A DNA stretch of 64,000 nucleotides from a virus. This document shows positions 53,402 to 61,202 of this stretch, piece after piece. The notes under the pieces were generated by a model. The model saw only the letters and a list, made by a program, of their open reading frames with translations, did not search any database and was not told where the DNA came from. Position 1 is the first letter of the stretch; every line of letters begins with the position of its first letter. The stretch lies in IMG/VR virus record IMGVR_UViG_3300010389_000008; one strand, given 5' to 3'. The translations under genes were made by a program, and so were the position numbers.

Positions 53402-54505
53402 ATGCGTAGAGCACCAAGCACGTCTCAGCACCAGGATCGGAACGCCGACCTAAAGAGGATGGGCATTCCTTTCAGGCTGCGAAAGACTTCTCAGACCCCT
53501 TACTACCAGATACGCGCTCTTCATCTCTTTCAGGATGGAAGAGAGATCAAAAGTACTGGTATACGAGTTGATCAGGACGGAGCAGCGGACAAGGTTTTTC
53601 AGCTGTGCCTAGCTCTAGACAGGGATCCGAGCGTTTTTCTGGACTTTGATCAGGAGTTGCGGGCCACCACTCCAGAGCTGTCTGGCTGGTCTGCTTTGGG
53701 GATGAAGCTCGAAGCCCACATCAAGGCTCGGGGATCAACGGTCTATGAGGACTACAGGCGGCACATCAAGTCCCTCAGCGGACTCAGGGGGCCAGTGACA
53801 ATGGCCAGGCTTCAGAAGTGGGTGGAGGAACCTCGCCCGGACCAGAGAGACCGGGAGCGCCGCATCGTCACGGCAGAGCGTCTGGTGGAAATGGGAATCA
53901 ACCTCGATCCGAACTGGCTGACCAAAATCAAGTCATTGACGACCTATGAGCAATCGAAGGTGGTTGATCCACGGACCCTGCCTACAGATGATCAGCTTGT
54001 TGAATTCATTGATCGGATGCCTAACCGGGCCTGGCAGGTCGGCCTGGGTTACATGGCCACCTATGGGCTTCGTCCCCATGAGATTTTCCGGATCGAGGCC
54101 CGCCCTGACCGGGAAGGTTGGATTGAGATCTCGAGAGACTCGAAAACGGGGTGGAGGGCTGTCATGCCTGCTCACCCGGAGTGGATCGATCGTTGGAATC
54201 TCTGGGCCGGTGGGGTACCCGATCACAACTCCGACATGAGCCTCAAGGATCTGGGCCGGAAGGTCACTCAGCACGTCAAACGCTATAGGCATCTAGCGAC
54301 GTGGCCTGACCCAAAGGCTTACTCCCTAAGACACGCTTACGCAGCCAGGCTGCATACCCATGAGGACTACGAGGAGCTAGAGACGCGGGATACGGCAAAG
54401 CTTATGGGGCACTCCGAGAAGGAGCACAAGAACGTCTACTTGCGCTGGGTCGACAAGGATCAACTCAAGCGTTCCATGAAACGTCGCTTACGCTCCCGCC
54501 AATGA
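53402..54505 (+). CDS. int: Tyrosine integrase
   Basis: YGLRPHE (R), YSLRHAYA (HxxR), LMGHS...H...Y. Confidence 0.92.
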   Translation: MRRAPSTSQHQDRNADLKRMGIPFRLRKTSQTPYYQIRALHLFQDGREIKSTGIRVDQDGAADKVFQLCLALDRDPSVFLDFDQELRATTPELSGWSALGMKLEAHIKARGSTVYEDYRRHIKSLSGLRGPVTMARLQKWVEEPRPDQRDRERRIVTAERLVEMGINLDPNWLTKIKSLTTYEQSKVVDPRTLPTDDQLVEFIDRMPNRAWQVGLGYMATYGLRPHEIFRIEARPDREGWIEISRDSKTGWRAVMPAHPEWIDRWNLWAGGVPDHNSDMSLKDLGRKVTQHVKRYRHLATWPDPKAYSLRHAYAARLHTHEDYEELETRDTAKLMGHSEKEHKNVYLRWVDKDQLKRSMKRRLRSRQ

Positions 54506-54530
54506 AGTAGCGCCAGGCAACAAAGAGGTG

Positions 54531-54668
54531 TCAAACAAAGCGGGGACCGGGATCACGACGACTACGGACAACCTCGCAAGCTCTCCTGTAGAACTCGCAG
54601 TTCGTTTTCCCGGACGCCTCTAAAGCCTGCTTGACCTTGACCCAATTCTGAAAGGTGTGATCGTCCAT
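54531..54668 (-). CDS. Small cyanophage-type protein (45 aa)
   Basis: Own translation MDDHTFQNWVKVKQALEASGKTNCEFYRRA... Confidence 0.7.
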   Translation of the reverse strand: MDDHTFQNWVKVKQALEASGKTNCEFYRRACEVVRSRRDPGPRFV

Positions 54669-54670
54669 CT

Positions 54671-54856
54671 CTAAGTGATGTAAGGCCATGCGATCTCAAC
54701 GTCGCCCTTCCAGACATCGGGATCGATGGGGTTAACACTTACATAGTCCCTAAATTCTCGCTTTAGTGTTTCAAGGGGCAGATTGAGTTGATCTGCCAGA
54801 ACAGCAACGTTGCTCTGCCCCCTGTAGAGAATTTGGAGTCCTTCCCTAAGTTCCAC
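54671..54856 (-). CDS. Hypothetical protein
   Basis: Operon-packed 61-aa ORF. Confidence 0.65.
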   Translation of the reverse strand: MELREGLQILYRGQSNVAVLADQLNLPLETLKREFRDYVSVNPIDPDVWKGDVEIAWPYIT

Positions 54857-54858
54857 GT

Positions 54859-57207
54859 TTAAGCGTCGTGGATAGGCGCGAACATCGCCTCTTTCGAGAA
54901 AGGCTGGGCCTCACGTTCCGGGTCGACGCCTGCAATAAGGCATTTATCGGAATCGCAGGGTGCTGGACCTGCCTCGATCAGCTCACCAGTGTCGTGCTGT
55001 TTAAGTGCGTCAAAGAAGTCTGGATTCCTTCGGCGCTGTTTTACCTCCGCCTCAAGTTGCAAGTACTCCACTTGAGAAATGGGTTCAAAGGGGAGACGAG
55101 GAAACGTCGCGTTGGCATCAAAGCGTGCCAGAAGCGCAGCTGAAATGTAGCCCTTGTCCTGATCAATGGCCTCATAGATCAGGTTCGACAGCTCTTCGAT
55201 CTCATTCTCCCGATACTCAATCGTTGCCGATGTGTTGTGAGCGGTGTAGTGAGTCTGAACTTGCATGTAGAAGTCGAATTGAGCAGCAGCGGAGATAGCA
55301 CTGATGTCGACTTCGTCACAGCCGGGAATAGATGCCCAGCTAACAGCGGTTGGGATTTCAACCAGCCACTCGGTGCAACGAGGGTCAAAGGGGTTGTCAA
55401 GCAGTCGGCCTTCTTCATCCTTGTCGGATTGGGAAGGAACGACGTTGTAGCCGTAATCGATGCAGGCCAGTGCCACCGGATCGTCCTTCCGGAAGGTGAT
55501 ACGACGGATGAATCGCTGTGACTTCGGAGGGTGCCAGCCTGAAGAGGCTCCCGTCAGCAGACTCTTGGTACCTGCGGGTTGGACAGTGGTGGTGCGGTTG
55601 GGAACGCGGAGGCCGTGACGCTTGCAGTACTCCTCAACGGTGCTTTCAACAATGAAACGCCACCTCTTCAAGTACGCCGCCTCGGTTGCCTTAAAGGCTT
55701 TACCCTCTGCTGTGTTTGGTCGTCCCGCAATAAACCACTTCAACCACTCAGCTCCGAAGGCATGGACGAAGAAGTCAAAGAGGCCGGTAAAGCTGACACC
55801 CACGATGGGGTCCATTTCACGACTTTCGCGGTAGCGATCGATCTCGAATCGATGGTGCAGTAGAGCAGCAGCTGTCAGGGCTCCAGCCTTAAAAGCTTTC
55901 TGCTGCCCTTCAGTATCAGTCGGATCGATTCGGTTGAGGTGAATCTCAGACAGGTTGCAGTGGAAGTCAGTCCCGAGGATCTCTCCGCAAGGATTAAGGC
56001 CATAACGATTTAGACGGTGACGACGTTCCTGGTCGTCCATTGGGAGACCTTCTGGGTCCAGCATGCAGAGGTAAGCAGCTGCAAGATCCCTGCCTTCATT
56101 GCAGTAGATATCGATGAACTCTTTGCGCTTTTGCTCAGTGTTCAGGATGTCAACATTAGATCGAGCAATAGCTTCTGGTGCGAATTGAATAGCACCTTCA
56201 CCGCTGTAGAACTGCTTGGTGACGGCCTCCTTGACCTCGTCTTTGCTGGGCTTGGAGTGGTAGACACGAGTGTGATTTGCCATCCGCAGCGCATCCCGCT
56301 TGGGGTCAATGCGCCAAGCTCCATCTGGATCCTGTTGCCACAGGTTGTCTTTCGCACAGGCTGCTGCTGCGTCATCCGAACCGAACTGACGCATGCCCGC
56401 ACTACGCCTGATGTTGCCCGCGACCACAACGGTTGCAGCCTCATCAATCAAGAGGCAACACTCAACGGAAGTCAACCGGCGACCAAGCGCACCATTGAGG
56501 ATGTTGAGCATCTTGGTGAATAGTTCTTCCAACTTGATTGGGTTGGAAGTACCACCAAAGCCCTTTAGCTTCTCGCCCGCTGGACGAACACAGGACAGAT
56601 CGAGATTGATGTGAACAGGGCGCATCCAATCGAACTCCAGTGACGTTGAAGCTTCGATCACCGCCATGTAGGCATCCACCCACCCATGACGACTATCACC
56701 GACCTTGAGGTTGATGGTGTTACCCCGGTAATCAACAAACGTATGCTCTTGTCTGTTGTTCGGCGCTGCGGAACCGACGCCGATCACTTGCTCAATAACT
56801 AAAGAGTTACGGATAGATGGCAGGTTTTTGATCATCCGCTCTTCGATGATCGCACCAGTACCCGACCCCATCATGGCTAGGTCCATCATCAGACCAAAAG
56901 CATCCCAATCCACCAACTCAGTGGATGTGCAGTTGTAAGCACCAGAAAAGTTCTTGGGATTTTTGATCCATTCTGTGCCACCGACCCAAAGCCAGCGACC
57001 AGAGGGAAGCATTTTCTTCGCGTCCACCATTTCACCCACCAGGGTGGTTTCTTCATCGGTGAACTGGCCCAGCTCACTCAGGCCATCAATTACACGTTTG
57101 CGGACTTCCGCGAATGACTCGCGGGTTCCATCATCCTTTCGTCGGCTATATGTCCGATAAAACACAGGATTGGCAGCCGGGGCGGAGGCCAAAAAATCTG
57201 AATTCAT
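54859..57207 (-). CDS. nrdJ: Class II (B12-dependent) ribonucleotide reductase
   Basis: VFYRTYSR, PSGRWLWVGG, AYNC, VAGNIRRSA, NPCGEI, CNLSE, TTVQPAGT. Confidence 0.95.
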   Translation of the reverse strand: MNSDFLASAPAANPVFYRTYSRRKDDGTRESFAEVRKRVIDGLSELGQFTDEETTLVGEMVDAKKMLPSGRWLWVGGTEWIKNPKNFSGAYNCTSTELVDWDAFGLMMDLAMMGSGTGAIIEERMIKNLPSIRNSLVIEQVIGVGSAAPNNRQEHTFVDYRGNTINLKVGDSRHGWVDAYMAVIEASTSLEFDWMRPVHINLDLSCVRPAGEKLKGFGGTSNPIKLEELFTKMLNILNGALGRRLTSVECCLLIDEAATVVVAGNIRRSAGMRQFGSDDAAAACAKDNLWQQDPDGAWRIDPKRDALRMANHTRVYHSKPSKDEVKEAVTKQFYSGEGAIQFAPEAIARSNVDILNTEQKRKEFIDIYCNEGRDLAAAYLCMLDPEGLPMDDQERRHRLNRYGLNPCGEILGTDFHCNLSEIHLNRIDPTDTEGQQKAFKAGALTAAALLHHRFEIDRYRESREMDPIVGVSFTGLFDFFVHAFGAEWLKWFIAGRPNTAEGKAFKATEAAYLKRWRFIVESTVEEYCKRHGLRVPNRTTTVQPAGTKSLLTGASSGWHPPKSQRFIRRITFRKDDPVALACIDYGYNVVPSQSDKDEEGRLLDNPFDPRCTEWLVEIPTAVSWASIPGCDEVDISAISAAAQFDFYMQVQTHYTAHNTSATIEYRENEIEELSNLIYEAIDQDKGYISAALLARFDANATFPRLPFEPISQVEYLQLEAEVKQRRRNPDFFDALKQHDTGELIEAGPAPCDSDKCLIAGVDPEREAQPFSKEAMFAPIHDA

Positions 57208-57311
57208 AAGTGGTCTGAGGGCGATCAACGATCAACTGCAGCCTTCTCAGGGTAACCAGAAAAGGACAGGTCACATCGGTTGTCCTGGTTACGATATGCG
57301 TAAAAAGTCCC

Positions 57312-57479
57312 ATGATCGAGCAGCTTTTTGATGCCCTCGGCACCGTGTACTACAAAGTCACTTTTCCAGACGGAAACATCGCTTATACAAGCTGCTGCTG
57401 GATGGCAGACATCTTTCTAAAGCGTTGGGAAGACGAGGTATTTTCTATTAACTACCGTGGTGCTAACTTGAGCAATTGA
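57312..57479 (+). CDS. Small hypothetical protein (55 aa)
   Basis: Own translation MIEQLFDALGTVYYKVTFPDG... Confidence 0.6.
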   Translation: MIEQLFDALGTVYYKVTFPDGNIAYTSCCWMADIFLKRWEDEVFSINYRGANLSN

Positions 57480-57609
57480 TCTTGAAGCTGTGTGATCTGA
57501 AGATGCAGCATGGCTCTCGCACCCTCGCTTAAATGAGGCTGTTGAGCCAGTTTGATCAAGAACAAAATCTGCTCAGATAAAGCCTTGTGCTCGTTGCTTT
57601 CCATAGACC

Positions 57610-57780
57610 ATGACACAAAAAACTTGGGTTCTCCCTATTGATGATGAGGGCGTGATCAGTTTTCCGGCAGATCTGATTGAAGCTGTGGAGTGGAAAGAAG
57701 GAACGGTTTTATCTTGGGCTGTTAGGGAGGATGGCTCTATTACTCTCAAGCCAGCTGCTGATCCTCACTCAACCGAGTGA
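57610..57780 (+). CDS. AbrB/SpoVT/MazE-like small DNA-binding protein (56 aa)
   Basis: WVLPIDDEGVISFPADLIEAVEWKEGTVLSW...DGSITLK. Confidence 0.7.
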   Translation: MTQKTWVLPIDDEGVISFPADLIEAVEWKEGTVLSWAVREDGSITLKPAADPHSTE

Positions 57781-57919
57781 TGTAAGACTTGGCTGCGAAG
57801 AGAGTCTTGAAATAGTGGCGATCTCCGTTGATAATACAAAAGTAAGCAGGAGCATCTCCAATGGGGAAAGCGATTTCATAGATCCGCAAACCTAGGTGAT
57901 CGTAGTAGATCCTCCCCAT
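57746..57919 (-). CDS. Hypothetical protein
   Basis: MGRIYYDHLG...; overlaps both neighbours. Confidence 0.45.
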   Translation of the reverse strand: MGRIYYDHLGLRIYEIAFPIGDAPAYFCIINGDRHYFKTLFAAKSYITRLSEDQQLA

Positions 57920-58409
57920 CGCGAGCCATTGATACCCGACTATCTCCAAAATAACGCCCACAATAGGGTTTCTGTGCGTGTTCGGTGTACTCAAAGAATG
58001 TGAGTTGACCAACACGCAGCCCTGGATAGATAGAAACATGACCGAACTGAAGGATGTTTTTCAGTTCAAGGGTCAGGCGGCCTTCGTACCCACAATCCAC
58101 AAGCCCTGCTAAAGAATGATTGAGCCCCTCTCTGGCGCGGCTGCTTACGAGGTGCAAGTGTGCCTCAACATTAGTAGGCATGCGGAAGTATTCAACTGTC
58201 TCTGCTAACACAAAGCAGCCGGGAGGCATTAAGCAGGGTTTGTCAGGTGTGTAACCTGAAAGATCGAGTGGTCTAAATCCGCCCTCCTCGGTCTCGACCA
58301 AGGCATTGTCACCTAGGTGTACGTCATAGCTACAGGGTTGAACGCACTTTTGGTGAAAAGGACGGATCATCCCTTCGAGCCCTAATTCAGTGATGCGGCG
58401 GTCAATCAA
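57876..58409 (-). CDS. dcd: dCTP deaminase
   Basis: VQPCSYDV, FVLAETVE, SSRAREG, AGLVDCGYEGRLTLE; probable TTG start at 58409 (track starts at 58502). Confidence 0.9.
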   Translation of the reverse strand: MIDRRITELGLEGMIRPFHQKCVQPCSYDVHLGDNALVETEEGGFRPLDLSGYTPDKPCLMPPGCFVLAETVEYFRMPTNVEAHLHLVSSRAREGLNHSLAGLVDCGYEGRLTLELKNILQFGHVSIYPGLRVGQLTFFEYTEHAQKPYCGRYFGDSRVSMARDGEDLLRSPRFADL

Positions 58410-58578
58410 AGCGTCCGTAGCGATGTTGTTTTTTGCCTCTCCACTGCCTCCTCGATTTTTTCTTGGAGTTGTACCAGTCGAGAAAGTACTGAGCGTCGTC
58501 AACTAAACGATGCAGTAAGCCCTGAGGGAGCTGCTCAACTATTTCGTCGAGCCTCTTCTTGTAATCCTCTCGGGACAA
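58402..58578 (-). CDS. Small hypothetical protein (58 aa, TTG start)
   Basis: Own translation MSREDYKKRLDEIVEQLPQGLLHRLVDDAQYFLDW... Confidence 0.5.
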   Translation of the reverse strand: MSREDYKKRLDEIVEQLPQGLLHRLVDDAQYFLDWYNSKKKSRRQWRGKKQHRYGRFD

Positions 58579-58608
58579 AGCACCGTTCTTGTCCGTTCAA
58601 AGATACCG

Positions 58609-60438
58609 TCATTTAGCGGACCAATCGCTTCCATAGCCTGGCTCGGCCACGATTGGCACATTGGTTAGACAGACTTCAAACGCCGCAGATTCCATGCACT
58701 CTTTGAGCACTATTTGAGCTTCATCTTTGTCCTCCTCTGGAACCTCCATCACACATTCGTCATGGACGTTGGCCACGAGACGCCATTCAGGCCTATCGGA
58801 TAGATAGTTCTCCCAAAGCAGTGTGAGAGCGGCTTTCATGCAGTCCCCACCTGTACCTTGAACTTGAGTGTTGAGCCGGGTCGTGAATTTGTCAGACCCC
58901 ATTGGTCCTTGAGTCAAGATCCGGCGGCGTCCCATCAATGTATAGACCGGGCCTTTGGAGTTGCCCTGTGTCTTTTGCCATCCGATCAACTGCGGATACG
59001 AAGACTTCCATTGGGAAAGCTTTTCTTCTGCTTCCTCCAGCGTGAAGACCACTCCGTACTGGGTAGCTGCTTGTTGTCTGATGGACTTGGCACCACTTCC
59101 ATATAGCGCACCGAAATTGATGATCTTCGCAGCGGTCCTGTCAGCCTTTTGCACACTGTCCTCAGGTACGCCGACCATTAGTGAGGCTGTGCGCTTGTGG
59201 AGGTCTGCCCCTTCGCGGTAGGCCTGAGTCATCCGCTCTTCACCGCTGCACTCAGCAGCAATTCGCAGCTCAAGCTGAGAGTAGTCAGCAATAACCAATA
59301 CATGCCCCGGTGACGCGATGAAGCCCTTGCGATACTCCGCGTCACGTTTAACTTGCTGCAGATTTGGGCCAGCACACGAAGCTCTACCGGTGTCGGTACC
59401 CAGCTGCCGGTAACCGGCGCGAATTCTGTTGTCTTCGTAGTCTTTTGCATGTCCAATAAGCTTCTCCACTTGTGAGCAAGCGGTCTTCAGTTCTTTGAAG
59501 ACCAAATAGTCACGAATCAGACTGTGGTCAGGCGCAAGAAAAGCCAGAGCGTTCTTATCTAAACTGTTTTCGATTTGTATGCCAGCGGCGCGGAAAGCAG
59601 GCTGTAACTGGGTTGTAGATCCTGGGTTGAACCCCTTGATCTTGTTCTTGCCTTTGCCATAAAACTCAGGGTGGATCATTACAGCATTCGTTATGGGGTG
59701 TCTGTACTGTTCGAGAACACCCACTTCTTCAAGCTGCCTTACGACATGGATGCAGGCAGCATCACGCTCTTTGCTTTTTTCTTCTAATAGACGCTCGTAG
59801 TGCGGGATGTCGAGCAAGAAACCGTTGTACTGCATCGAAGCGAATGCAGGCAGCGCACGGCATTCCAGTCGGAATATGTGTGTCAGTTCTTCTTGCCTTA
59901 GTTTCTTACGCAGCACTTCCCAAAGCGGGAAGCAGATTGATACGTCACGAGCTGCATACTCAAGCTGTTCTCGGCTGAAGGGTCCGCTATGTCCGATGAA
60001 CGACTTCTGTAGAGCCTCTTTCTCTTCCATCTCTAAACCGAGATGTCGTTCAACTAGCACCCCCAAGCTGTTTTTTGTCTTCAACCCGAGGTTCAACAGC
60101 TTCCCCGCGATCATTGTGTCTAAGAGAATGCCCCGTAGCGGTAGCCCGTTCTGCTCCAGGAAACCCCACTCAAACGTAAGGTTCTGCCCAAGCTTGACCG
60201 TGTGGACGCTTGCCAGAAGTGGAGCAAGCTCCTTGACATCTGACCCAATCGCTTCCACATCAAAGACGAAGACCTGTTCAGCAGTTCCAAGCTGGATCAG
60301 CAAGATCTTGTCGTGTTGAGGCGAGAGCCCGGTCGTCTCAATATCAAGTCCGAGGATGCGTTGTGAGCTAAGCAGCTGTACTGCGCTCCTCACTTCGGAT
60401 CCACGCTCGACATATACCAATGATGGACTCAAGCTCAT
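58609..60438 (-). CDS. polA: Family A DNA polymerase with 3'-5' exonuclease
   Basis: GLDIETTG, ADYSQLELR, AKIINFGALYG, NVHDE; no 5'-3' exonuclease domain. Confidence 0.96.
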   Translation of the reverse strand: MSLSPSLVYVERGSEVRSAVQLLSSQRILGLDIETTGLSPQHDKILLIQLGTAEQVFVFDVEAIGSDVKELAPLLASVHTVKLGQNLTFEWGFLEQNGLPLRGILLDTMIAGKLLNLGLKTKNSLGVLVERHLGLEMEEKEALQKSFIGHSGPFSREQLEYAARDVSICFPLWEVLRKKLRQEELTHIFRLECRALPAFASMQYNGFLLDIPHYERLLEEKSKERDAACIHVVRQLEEVGVLEQYRHPITNAVMIHPEFYGKGKNKIKGFNPGSTTQLQPAFRAAGIQIENSLDKNALAFLAPDHSLIRDYLVFKELKTACSQVEKLIGHAKDYEDNRIRAGYRQLGTDTGRASCAGPNLQQVKRDAEYRKGFIASPGHVLVIADYSQLELRIAAECSGEERMTQAYREGADLHKRTASLMVGVPEDSVQKADRTAAKIINFGALYGSGAKSIRQQAATQYGVVFTLEEAEEKLSQWKSSYPQLIGWQKTQGNSKGPVYTLMGRRRILTQGPMGSDKFTTRLNTQVQGTGGDCMKAALTLLWENYLSDRPEWRLVANVHDECVMEVPEEDKDEAQIVLKECMESAAFEVCLTNVPIVAEPGYGSDWSAK

Positions 60439-60601
60439 CGAGGTTGTCAGGGGTGAGAGAGATACACACTTCCTTTCCGTTAGTCAGGTCGACCACATTG
60501 AGGGAAAGGTCGTTGCTGCTAGAGGCGGTGATTCCAAAAGTGTTTTTGGGGTTTGAGGTGCTTTCACCAAAAAAGCTTCCGGGCTCTGTCCAGGTCCGCA
60601 T
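60368..60601 (-). CDS. Hypothetical protein
   Basis: 77-aa ORF overlapping the polA start. Confidence 0.45.
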   Translation of the reverse strand: MRTWTEPGSFFGESTSNPKNTFGITASSSNDLSLNVVDLTNGKEVCISLTPDNLDELESIIGICRAWIRSEERSTAA

Positions 60602-60800
60602 CTAATCAGGGTCAACGTGATGAGTGTATCCAAGTCAGGACGAGCGTCAAGGCCCGCAGTGTTTTGGACGGACAGAAGGTACGTTTCGGACCGCCCGCTC
60701 AAATGTTCCTCGCGATACACAATTCATCTCTTCCTCTGCACCGGTGCTTTTATGCAGGACCACGCATACACGCAGCAGAAAAAGCATATTGATGTTTGCT

Positions 60801-61175
60801 TTAACTATCAGCCTGCGACTCAGACTCGCGTTCAGCGTGCCACTCCGCTATGCGCTGAAGAGCTTCGGGCTTCAGAAGACGTTCTATATGCGGTTTTGGC
60901 TCCATCGTTCCCTCGTAAACCCCGGTTTTGCAGGCCACCTCGTGCTGGCAGCTGAAACAAGCAAAGGAGTAGCAGGGCTTTCCTAAACGCTTTTCGGTCT
61001 TGACTGATAGCTGTTCCTTGATGTGCTCTACGAAGGTGGTCCAGTTGGCGTGCCTTTGGAACTGCATATGAAACATTTCCTGCAGCACTTCGGACATCGT
61101 CTTCTCGTAGAAGGCGGAGTACTGCTTTAAGGCTTTGTGGGTGCTGTCATCTAGCTGAACTGAAATCCGTTTCAA
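60801..61175 (-). CDS. Ribbon-helix-helix protein with Cys-rich C-terminus
   Basis: MKRISVQLDDSTHKALKQYS...KTMSEVLQE; CYSFACFSCQHEVAC. Confidence 0.7.
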   Translation of the reverse strand: MKRISVQLDDSTHKALKQYSAFYEKTMSEVLQEMFHMQFQRHANWTTFVEHIKEQLSVKTEKRLGKPCYSFACFSCQHEVACKTGVYEGTMEPKPHIERLLKPEALQRIAEWHAERESESQADS

Positions 61176-61202
61176 GGGTTTTGTATCACCGTATACATAA
61201 GG

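Noticed and set aside
60452-60461. CTCTCTCACC before polA as a certain regulatory site
   Set aside because: Also lies within a plausible upstream ORF (codons for SLT), so it is ambiguous
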